Shown: positions 53,063-64,000 of the stretch, in pieces
Position numbering within the stretch: the stretch's first letter is position 1
How the letters are laid out: each line of letters begins with the position of its first letter
DNA from: Chrysomallon squamiferum
Taxonomy: Eukaryota > Animalia > Mollusca
Assembly: GCA_012295275.1 (NCBI GenBank)
Contig: CM022665.1
Coordinates: 23,002,001 to 23,066,000, forward strand
DNA length: 64,000 bases
Direction: 5' to 3'
The notes under the pieces: model-generated
What the model saw: the letters and a program-made list of their open reading frames with translations, nothing else
Database searches by the model: none
Told to the model about the DNA's origin: nothing
Made by a program: the position numbers and the translations under genes

Positions 53063-54776
53063 TTAATAAATACATTTTAAGAATTACAAACTAGTGTCCT
53101 TACATTTTCTAAAAAAAAAAAAAAAAAGAAGAAAAAAAAGAAATCACTTTGTGATACCTCACTCTCGACCAAATCCTTGCAATCAGTAATAAAATAAAAT
53201 TAATATTATATTAAACGAATGCAAAAGATCTAGCTATTGTTGTAGATTTTAGACACCCTTTTCTATGAAAACGTTTCATACATCTGACATCTTTTTCTTT
53301 ATTTCGACAAATTTATTAATTTTGATAAAAAATATAAAACATATTACATTATTTAATTATTTACTTGTAATTCAGATGTGGTGATGGTTTAGTATTCCGA
53401 CAAAGCGATGGTTTTTCAGTAAAGAAAAATAGTGCAGAAAGTAGTTATTTCAAACTCTTCCATGTGTTTGGAGATGACAAAATTACGTTTGAGTGTAGTT
53501 TTACTGTCTGCAAAAACTGTGAGGTAACGCATTCTGTCTCTATCTTTTCACAGTGAAAACACACATATACGTACAGACGTGCATACATACACGAACTTAT
53601 GTGCATTTACACGCACATACATACGCATGTTATTTATTATTTTTTATCTGTCGTATTTTTTTTCTGTTTATTTAATCTACTTAAAATATTTTGTTGGTCC
53701 ATATGTCTATATATGTTTATCAGTACGTTTAGATTACAGCTGATACTGTTTTTGCTTTGGCTTTACTGTTTATGAGCTAAGGTTCACTTGCTTTCAAAGA
53801 ATTCGTGCACAAAGAAGACTGAAGCAAGACCAGCTATGGCGACACTTTGGAACCACTTCATGCACTGGGTCGCTAAACCTCCATTAACAGCAACTGGCAA
53901 AAGATCAATTCCAGGTAACATTAAACAGGTGTCAATAATTAAATATTTCTATGAATACTGATGCTCTGATAAATCATTGTAGCATGTAAAAACAAAACTA
54001 CAGCAACAACAATAAAAAAAAAATAAAAAAATAAATAAAAGTACGCGAAGAAAAAGAAAGAACAAAACAAAATATGCCACTCTGATAAAGTTTTAAAATA
54101 ATAATGAACAACAGTCAATGATATCCACACAGTTTAATTCATTATCACTATAATGACAATTAATTAATTCTTCTTCTACTCCTGTGCTGTTAGCGCTGAT
54201 CTTACCAACTGCAAAAAATACCGCTTTTGTTGTTACTTCTACAAAAGCATTACTAACACTATCAATACTAAGTCAAATATTACAATTACTGTTATTTCTC
54301 ATCCTTCTACTGCAACTGGTACTACTACCATTATTATTATTATAACTCCTGCTGCTAAACCTACTACCTTAGACGCTTCTTGTGGTTGTTGGGGTTTTTG
54401 AGGGTTTTTTTAAATTATTATTATTTTTTTTTTAGATACGAAGACAACTGTGTATGTCAAAACACCCGTTTTCAGACTGCAAGAAACAAAACTCGAGACC
54501 ATCAAGTCGAAAAGTCTGATTTTGAAAAGTTACAGAATAGATTATGCAGAACCAAACTGTACCCAAAGAAGCTACCAGAATAGTGAAAATGAGAAAAGTG
54601 ACAAAAACAGAAAACGAAATTTAGAACAGAAAACCAAAATTGCGTTTAAAACGGGAATTCATTGGACGAAAAAGGTTGTCTGGGCGATATTGGCGTTAAT
54701 ATACGCCATATTAATAATTGTTCTTTTTATGTGTTGTTATCAGGATACTAGAAGAGCGAGGACTTATATTGAATAA
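49725..54776 (+). CDS. ZP-module membrane protein, VERL/VEZP (vitelline envelope ZP)-like, 428 aa
   Basis: 9 exons in phase: 49725-49757, 50253-50301, 50727-50908, 51728-51870, 52356-52501, 52880-53009, 53376-53523, 53800-53914, 54436-54776 (TAA); 1287 nt. Signal peptide MIRILFMFITWILTTAFT; Cys-containing ZP-N; ZP-C with PVSCDAVG..RYAILRSGCGDGLVF..DGF and ITFECSFTVCKNC; dibasic KR; EHP-like TVYVKTPVF; C-terminal TM VVWAILALIYAILIIVLFMCC. Confidence 0.85.
51448..51587. repeat. Compound (AAAT)n-(AAC)n-(AAT)n microsatellite
   Basis: Direct reading; lies in an intron of the ZP gene. Confidence 0.9.
51956..52048. repeat. (AAT)n microsatellite
   Basis: Direct reading; lies in an intron of the ZP gene. 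Confidence 0.9.
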
Positions 54777-56239
54777 CCTTTATTTCTCCCTAATGTTAGT
54801 TAATTTAAATATCATTTCTGTGATAAGAACTTAGAGGGAAGAACTTTTTAAACTTATCTATTTTTCATACTGTAATTCATTTAAAAGAAAAAAACAGACG
54901 AGGATCTAGATTTTCCGAGAAAAAGAAATGTGGATAAAATTATTAAAATAAAATTAATTTTATGATAAAGAAACGTTGGATTGTGTTAATGATAGAAAAA
55001 GTCTACAGTGGCCGAGTCACCAATTTACGTTCCTAAAATAACATGCAGACGCTTATAATGTTTTATACTCATTATCTTTTTAGTTTGAATTATATGAAAA
55101 TCCATGTAATGTGAATAAAATAACATATCAAAGTATTATGTTCATTACAATAAGAAGAAGAATGTATCTCTTCTGTTTCTTACTTAGAATAAATGACATG
55201 TATAATATATATAGTTAATAGACCCCTCAGCACAATGTAATTGTGTTTGTAATAATATTTATAAAGGTTACATGAACGTCATAAACTGAGAAAAGTTCTC
55301 AGAGAAGATAGTGTTTTAGACGGCACAAAACTTGCTTTGATATCCAAATACTACCCAACAAACGTAGACCCCGAATGTCGCAAATCTAGCTTTTTTTAAT
55401 ATTGTGATACACGAATACTTTTTAGGATGTATATCGACATATGTATATTTTCACTTAATGTCAATCCACATACGTAACCAGGAAGAGTAACTCTTATATA
55501 AAAATGCATTTTTAGATGAACATAAAATAAACAAACAAACAAACAAACAAAAAATATATATATATTTTTTTTTTTTTATGTATATATGTGAACGTGTGTG
55601 TGTGTGTATTATAACATTAACGATTAATGATTTCGAGAATCGTTGATTTATTTACACCGTTATATTTTGTGTGATCACTTTATGTATAAAAACTTTAATC
55701 GCAAAAATACCAACACCCAAAAACATCTGCTGTGTTAGGGTTTGGTCTAATTTTACTGCTATAAATCATAATTCTTTGTTGCATTCTTAAAAACAGAAAT
55801 AAGGTATTAATTGTTCTGAACATTTTGTATTGCATTCGTAATTATGAAAAAGTTTAGAAATTTTTATTATTGATATTTTAATACTAGATAAAGACTTTTT
55901 AAGTTATTATTTTTATCTGTCTGTAAATTTCTTTTGTTTAATCGTTACTTATTTGACAACATATATATAATGAAAAATCAACAACATAAAAAAAAATCAA
56001 CAATAACAATAGAAATAAATAAGTAAATAAATAAATAACAATAAAATTAATTATATTCACCAGCATAGTCTTTTTGTGTATATATATATATTTTTTTTTC
56101 ATTCTCAAACACAGACATACAAATAAAAATACATAAGTTCACGGATATAAAATATGCATAATACTACCTTATATTTTTCTGAAGTAAAGATTGAATATCG
56201 TAGATACGCAAAGATATTTATTATTTTACCAGTTCGTAA

Positions 56240-56285
<46 letters not shown>

Positions 56286-56931
56286 TTACGCTGAATAATC
56301 GGTCAATGTACTTATGAATAATATCTGAAAAAAGAAAGAAAAAAAGTAATATTAATAATAAGAATTAATTTTCCGTCTGAAAAAGCAATCAGACACACAG
56401 TTATTTGTTAACTGAGTTTAACGTATATTTTAAGTTATATTAAATTTTATTGTGATAACTGCTAATTACACGAGTTCAGTTCACTGAGCCTGAACAGGAG
56501 AAAACGTTACATTATTAGTACATAGTCTAGTACGCAAGATATTTCAATTGTTCACAGACAAAGAAATTTTAATCTCATTGTTTCATGCACGGTTTACAAC
56601 TTGTGGTTACATGACCAGGTTTTCATTTTTCAGTGATCAAATGCAACACCTAAAATAGATATTGGTGGCATATGTGGTAAAGAAACAATACAATTAATTA
56701 TAATGTGAAAATTAGATTGAAAAAAAAATTATATATAATTATATGGAAAGCGAAAACAATACATAATTGTTGCAAATTGTTTTAAACTCCGCTGAACCAA
56801 ATTTTAACTAGTAACGCTATCAAGTTATGTCCCTTCGTCCATTAATTCGTTTTCTTTGTCGACACCAGTATGAAATATGAAGTCGAAATTAAGCTGATTT
56901 TCTTCGACTCTGATAATAACAATAATAAGCA

Positions 56932-56964
<33 letters not shown>

Positions 56965-57790
56965 ATAATAAAAAAAATAAATACAACAGTTATGCCATAA
57001 TTAGTGGTATAATGTAATTAGCCTTTTATAAGTTATGGATATTAAAATTAACATTCAAATAAACAATTCAATAAAGAGTACATATTTTTAAAGTACATAC
57101 TAATATATTTGAAACTAAACCGAAAAAAGTAAAAATAATAATTTAATATCGTCGCTTTATCTTTGTTCCATTACAAATATACTTCAGCTTAACTTAATTC
57201 AATGAGAATGTAAGCAGCGGAAAACTTGCACTTAAAAAACTTTATCACGACCTAGAATAGGAAGATTTTTATTCTTGATCAGTAGCAAATCCTGTTGTTT
57301 TACGGACTGACAGTCATCAAACAGTTCTTTAGATAATAGTATTAAACAAATATCACACAGGTCATCGCAGATAGGAAGATCGCACAAAATGCGGATAAAG
57401 GATTTCATGAAAGTTTGCTGGTAATCTCACGTCATGCAAATAACACGTGATTTCAGTTTTTCTTTCTCTTTATAAACGCTACAATCTGACACCTCCATAT
57501 CTGAAGTCCTTGAACCACCGAAACACCCACACACAGATTTAATTTATAATATATACCAAATGAATCCTTAAGAATAGCTTTGCTAACGGTATATTTAAAC
57601 TAAAATAAACTTATATAAATATAAATTTATATGGCTTCTAATATAAGAGGTAATTATTCAAAATAATATATTCAACCATTTCTTTTAATTTAAAATGTAT
57701 TATTATATACATATGTATACACAATAGTAAGTAGGTCTATGTATCTATATCAATCTATCCATCTACCAACCTAGTTATCTACCTATATAC

Positions 57791-57792
<2 letters not shown>

Positions 57793-57833
<41 letters not shown>

Positions 57834-57883
57834 CAACCATACACACACAGTCAACCACACACACACAGTCAACCACACACACA
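57793..57883. repeat. (AC)n microsatellite grading into three 18-bp units (CACACACAGTCAACCAYA)
   Basis: Direct reading of the sequence. Confidence 0.85.
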
Positions 57884-58015
57884 TACTTATGTACATGCAT
57901 GTATTTGCAGAGATACACACATGCATGCTCGCAAGATTCAGCCATGGAACATCTCAAGTTAAATATAACAACACGTCACATGAAGTACATTCCAGCAGCA
58001 GTGAGGGGTTTAATC

Positions 58016-58390
58016 TCACGACACCTCTGTGATTAGGTGAGTAACTTCAACACGGTCCTTCAAATGATTCATCGTCGCCTTGATCTGAACCAAAGTGTTT
58101 GTATGTTCTACAGTAACACCCATCTCAGACGTCACCTCGTCTGCAGCAGCGGTCTCGACACCTTTCTCAAGCTGTTCCTGCATTGTTGCTGCAGCTCTGA
58201 GAGTGCTAGGCCAGCGCGATCGTCCCGTGATGTAAAAATAACAAGTAATTTGTATACAGGATGTTGCAAACAGGATTATGACAAAATATTCTTCAAGTGC
58301 CATCACATTTTCTTTCGGCCACAAGCTGTTGTATGGACGCACAGCAGGCCAGGTTCGCAGACGAGAAACACCTTTGAAATCAGGCGCCAT
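58016..58390 (-). CDS. Hypothetical 124-aa single-pass membrane protein (orphan)
   Basis: GC-elevated island in very AT-rich DNA. ATG in GAAATGG context after an upstream in-frame stop; hydrophobic segment YFVIILFATSCIQITCYFYI followed by a basic patch and an acidic tail. No family recognised. Confidence 0.45.
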   Translation of the reverse strand: MAPDFKGVSRLRTWPAVRPYNSLWPKENVMALEEYFVIILFATSCIQITCYFYITGRSRWPSTLRAAATMQEQLEKGVETAAADEVTSEMGVTVEHTNTLVQIKATMNHLKDRVEVTHLITEVS

Positions 58391-58700
58391 TTCCACCAAA
58401 TCCCGTTGAGAGTGTGACGCAACGGGAATTACGCCGATCACGTGATGTTTGGAAAGGAATAATCTTAATGATGAAAGAAGTGTGTGGAGTTGGTTGATAA
58501 ATTAGCCGCTGTCTTTGTGTGTGGATGAAATCAAGCAGGCAAATCATTATCTTGTCTCGCACTTGGGTATTGTGTTTATAATTCTTTGTGTCCAGTCATT
58601 AAAAAAAGGAAAAGAAAAAGAAAACACAGTTCTTGGTAGTAACATTTTGAAAATCGACATAATTATCGTTGGTATTTTTTTTAGTATGCCGTGTGTGTCT

Positions 58701-58713
58701 TTGTGTTTGTGTT

Positions 58714-58789
<76 letters not shown>
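58701..58789. repeat. (TTGTGT)n-(GT)n microsatellite
   Basis: Direct reading of the sequence. Confidence 0.9.
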
Positions 58790-58791
<2 letters not shown>

Positions 58792-58855
58792 GGCGAAACA
58801 CAGAGGATGTGAGATGAAAGGAAGGACATATATAACAAATGTTATTCACAAAAGG

Positions 58856-58895
<40 letters not shown>

Positions 58896-61041
58896 ATGAA
58901 AAAAAAAAAAAGGCAACAACAACAATAAATAAATAAATAAATAAAAGACAACCTAAAAGTAATTATTTTTATTTCGATATCTATCCTCCTTCACGGAAAA
59001 AGCACAATGCACTATAACATTAAACTATAAAGAAGTGAAATTTTAAAGAAAAAAATTTCTATAATCATATAATGACTTTGTAGACACTTTTTGCGAAGAG
59101 ACGTGGCTTTAAACGAGTTTGATAATTATCGATAAAATATAATACGGATAAAACACGGTCCATCTATCAAAGAGATTAACAATTAAAATATCCAGCCTGG
59201 CTGAGAAATTCTATATTTCCCAACCAGAAAATGACAGCACTTGGGTTCACATGATATGCTGTGTGTATTTCAAAGGATTAACTGTAATATAATTAACGTT
59301 GTTTGTTGCAAGATTACCATATACAAGATTATTTCTGGTGGTACAAAGCTTCATCGATTGATAATATTAATAACGTATTTTGTTACTGCGTAAAATAACG
59401 TACAAAAGATCTCAACTAGTTGACAAAGTATTATCTTGTTCAGAGAAAAGCGAAAATAAGACATGTATAATGGGATAGTAAAATAAAATAAAATATTGCC
59501 TACTTATTATAAAACAGTGGTCTTACAAAAACACAGATGTATGCATGTACGTATGTATGCATGTAGAATTTTTTGTTTTGTTTTCACAACGATGTATTAA
59601 AAATATATTACTGAAAAATATGAAACTGAATAATTAAAATCAAACAATAGAAATCGATATTAAGTGTTTTATTCTGCAAGCGTATGATCTATGGAATTGA
59701 AATGGATTTTAGTGTAGATAAAACTAAACTAAGCATTATTATGAAATAGAATTTTGTTTAAAACAAAAACCACAAATTGTTCATTTACTTTAAAAGGTTT
59801 ATTCGTAATTCATAATTCAGAAATGCCATTTTTCAAATACTAATGGTGAAAACAATGAACATATGAAACAAAAAAAAATATATCATGAAACAAAACAACA
59901 ACAAAAACAATAATATTCTTCAGAACATTTTAACATTTTGAATGAATTTCCTATCTTGGTTGCAGTTTCTGAATGCGTCAATCAATAAGCCATATATATG
60001 AAATGCATTATGAAAATAACATTCCATTATCAAATGGAAAAAATCCTTTATCACAGAAAGGTCGCGCATTTCGTACAGTATACAAGCATGTACAAGTGGC
60101 TTTTTGAAGCGACCGCGTACGCCATATGAAACAACCACTGAATAAACCTTTCAACAAATGATCTATTTCAGTGTAAATATTGACTTGAAAGAGACAATGT
60201 GCTGAGTTGTTTTATATTTATACATATTCATATATTCGGTCTCTTGATACGTCGAACATTATATTATAAGCAGAGAACTCGACACTGTTTTTGAGCACAA
60301 GAATATGCTTAAAAAATATAAAATCCACAATAGATGATGTTTTAAATTGTAGTATGCATTATAAATTAGATATACAATTTTGTTACACTCATAATCTTTA
60401 GTGCTTTATTTGGTTGACACGGTAACCAAAACGGCAACAAAAAAGAGATAACCTTTATCTATAAAAAAAAAAGAAGAAGAGGAAAACAAAATAACAAAAA
60501 AACAAAAGATAAAAAAGTGAAAACAGTAAACGCCCCAAATTATTTTCTCTTTTTAAAAATATGTTTTGTATTGTTTTGTGCTCGTAAATTATTCAGTAAC
60601 TGTTTTTTCACATGAGAAATCTGTAAAGGAGTTTTATATTTCCCTTCAGTTTGCGTACTATTAGCTTTTTCACATAACAATTGTCTAATTCTCCAGCCTT
60701 TTGTTACGTTTACCACGTAATTTATAATTGAAAGCAATGGTTAAACAGAGCGCAGTAGAAAGTCTTTTTCTGTCTGCACTGTTCTCTGTGTCATGCCTCG
60801 AGTTTAGTTTTAAATAAAGGTTACGATTACTAATTAAAATGTTTTTAAACAAAACTACACATTAGTCGAAGGAACTATGGCTAAATTGATGGTGGCTTCT
60901 GGCTATGTCAACCAACAGGCATTTCACAATTAAAATGGAATGGATTATTCACGTTTGCATTTTGTATCTACCAATAAGCTACCTTGATGACAAGCTAAGG
61001 CAGGTATTGGTTAGTTCTTTTAATCAGATATTATTATTAAT

Positions 61042-61094
<53 letters not shown>

Positions 61095-62439
61095 AATAAA
61101 AACAAAAAATTAGTTTAACGATAATTAAGTTTCAGTATTATTAAGAAAACTGTTTTTCAAAAAAATCTGGGCCAAGCACCAATATCGTAATTTTATCAAT
61201 TAATTATCAATGATAATCTCATCATTTATACAGTTTATTTAACACATATGTTCCGTATTTAACATCTGTCATAGCTAATATCTGTCACCAAACATTCGAC
61301 AATAGGTTATAATTATACTGAATTAAGGTCAGGCGCAAAAGACTGTCAGCTCTAAAACAAATTTAGTTTATTCGTGTTGATAATCTTAAAATTCAAATTC
61401 AAAATTATTTTTTTAGAGATACAACCCGTTATTTTAAAGAAAAACAAAAATGTATAAGAATGAATTAACTAAAAAGTACTTTAGTCTAAAACTCATTTCT
61501 GAACAGGTGAAAAACGTATCGTTAAAGTAACAAAGATCGCCATAATCGTCATCAACAATGCCGTAACTATAATCAACCCACGGACATACTCAGCTTCATC
61601 ATTATTATAATCTGCTTTCTTCTTTTTCTTCTTCTTCTTCTTCTGCTACTTCTTCATTATCTCATTATCTTCCTTTTCTTTTTCTTCTTCTCACTGCGAA
61701 GACTCAAAGCGTAGGTGTCATCCTTTAACTTAATGATGCAATGTATTATACCCATACATGCTACACCACCCGTTTCGACGTCAACATGCATGTCAGTTAC
61801 AAAATGTAACACTGCCTAATTTTACACGTCACGTAACAATGTCACAAATTTCGCAAAAAGAGCGTGAACAACATATCACACGTCATTGGTGGTCTATACC
61901 TGAACGAAACCGGAACAGGAAGAAGATAACTGTAGTTATAATTGGAACAGAAAATAATATCTGCTAATTGGGTGATGACACCATTATGATTCTTTTAACA
62001 AATTATTCTGTTAATGGTCTTTCCCCATTCACCCACGGAAGACAGAAAGGACGATCATAATATTTTAACTTCCGCTGAAATTAATATTTAACCATTTCTT
62101 TACAACAGGAAGTCTGTTCAGGCTATTGTATGGTTTTATACAGGCAAAATGTCAGGAATCAAAACTGTTAGCAGTAATAATTAAAAAAATTAACGATAAA
62201 AAAAAAAAAAGAAAAAAAAAAGAACAAATCAATGAAAGAACGAAAGAAGGAACAACTGAGCTACTAACAGAATAAATAAATGAATAATCTGAAAGAAAAC
62301 CATCATAATATTAAATCATTCAGAAAAGATTCTATTACGTTGTGAAAAGAAAACAAAATCTCGTGTTATTTTTGTGTAAACACAGTACTTAACACAAACC
62401 TCCAGGCCACGGTATAGCAGGACACACATTAAACTGGTA

Positions 62440-62833
62440 TTATGAGCCTCCCGCCAACCGTGCGTGCGCCGCGCCTTCATTTACTAATTATTAAACTGAT
62501 ATTTAAATGGAACGAGTCTTTCTTTTTGCTCGGTCGCATCATTTGACAATTATCTAAAATGCTGCTCCCTCTGGCACGGACAAAGGCAATATCCGAGTTC
62601 ACGTAGGATTATCCTTCGTTCTGTCAGCAGTTGGCGGTGAAAACAGGCAGAACTTGCTCTTTGGGCACTGGCTTTGTACACGGCTGACGTTAACACCGGT
62701 GTCCCTCGATGGAGGGATTTATTAAAGACCCTTATAATCACCGCGAGTACATCACCTGGATCGAATTCTTTTCAGTTGTATGAAATAAAATACCAAACAC
62801 TGGCCGTAAGTTGCATTGTGTTTACCGGTAAGC
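62440..62833 (+). promoter_or_regulatory. Probable CpG-rich promoter and non-coding first exon of a gene continuing beyond the window
   Basis: CpG/GC-rich patch with TCCCGCCAA (62449-62457) and GCGTGCGC (62462-62469), only short ORFs, and two consensus donors GTAAGT (62806) and GTAAGC (62828), followed by microsatellite-rich intron-like DNA. Confidence 0.45.
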
Positions 62834-63164
62834 CAGGGTTATTTTGTTTTACTACGTATTAATAGAGCCATAATGAATGTGGAATGAAAACCACCGCATC
62901 TGATGAAAGGATGATACGTTTATGTGTGAAAGTGATGGAAATGTTGTGGTATGGATATGTCTTTTTGTGATAGCAGTGTGTGCGTGTGTGTGTGTGCGCG
63001 AGCGCGCGTGTATTTGCTCATCCGTGTATGAGGTTGTGTGTGTTACGTGGTTAATTTGTAAAGTTTATGTAAAATGTATATTCTCGTGTACTTCTCTCTG
63101 TGTTTATAGTGTTATTTGTGCACGCGAGCATATATATAAAAGAACGAATGCATTACTGTATGTA

Positions 63165-63207
<43 letters not shown>

Positions 63208-64000
63208 CTGTATGTATGCATACATGCATATGTGTGTGTGTGTGTGTGTGAGTGAGTGCGTGTGTTTGTTTTTGCATGAACACAAATGACTGTTACGCCA
63301 GACGTCAGAGAATTATATACTTATTTAACAATCAGCCAAAATATATCAGATATATAAGTCTGTGAATGTTTTCTCTTCGATAACTAAGTTATAACATCAA
63401 AATGTCCATACATGCTGACTGAACAGTCTGAAAATGAACATTGTTTTCATATCAATTAATACAGTGCAACAGCTTAGACACAAATTAATAACTACACTGT
63501 GCGTGAAAAGGAAACCGAACGTCCATGAAACAACCTATCACACGAAACAAAAAATAATTATTTTTATCAAACAGCTTTTTATCGAAATAACAAAGATTTA
63601 ATTAACACAAAATATGCCTGATTAAGTCGGAACACAAACACGTTTTGTTATCATTATACGCTCTGTCATAATGATATTAATGTAATTTGATAGAATGGAA
63701 TGGACTGGAAGGTGGTATAACTGAAATATACTTAACAGATTTCTTAATGCACTTAAAAAAAAACTAAATGCTGAAGGAAAGAAATGAAGACTATATTACG
63801 GGTAATAACTTATTACGCTATTATTTAATAGACGTAAACGAAAATAACAGAGAAAACAGAGCTATGCGAACATTTATTTACTCCTTTTCGGCGGATATAG
63901 GTAATGGTTTAATACAACATTTAAATGGTGCTACATCAGTATTACTTTTATATTAGTATTGTGTATGTGTGTTGGTGTGTGTGTATGAATATAATTTTAA

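Noticed and set aside
55208-55752. AATAGACC...GGTCTAAT as possible transposon termini
   Set aside because: The match is too short and no TSD is evident.
58037-58417. Plus-strand Cys/His-rich 126-aa ORF as an independent gene
   Set aside because: In-register antisense to the more protein-like minus ORF, with no recognisable domain; kept only as part of the 58-kb finding.

Overview
AT-rich, intron-containing animal genomic DNA, most likely a gastropod mollusc (inferred from a VERL/VEZP-type ZP gene and a Meta-type SINE remnant). I assembled five multi-exon genes by hand from GT-AG exons in consistent phase: LRRC9 (+, 32 exons, first coding exon outside the window), CCS (+, 7 exons), NAA40 (+, 9 exons), ADSS (-, 13 exons) and a VERL/VEZP-like ZP-module membrane protein (+, 9 exons). 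There is also an orphan single-pass-membrane ORF near 58 kb and a probable promoter/first exon near 62.5 kb. Mobile DNA includes a long-TIR MITE, a Tigger deletion derivative with its empty-site paralog beside it, and hAT, pogo, Merlin-like and SINE remnants. The most striking observations are: (1) the long-TIR MITE carries an almost perfect inverted copy of most of a CCS intron 3 kb away, with junction microhomology; (2) the CCS has lost its domain-II zinc ligands; (3) the LRRC9 ART-like domain keeps the PARP catalytic-position Glu; (4) the ZP protein has an odd extra Cys and a GKR site instead of a furin motif; (5) a minisatellite amplifies an LRRC9 splice donor; (6) CpG is depleted over housekeeping gene bodies, with E2F-like motifs at promoters. 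All calls are by eye, without database searches.
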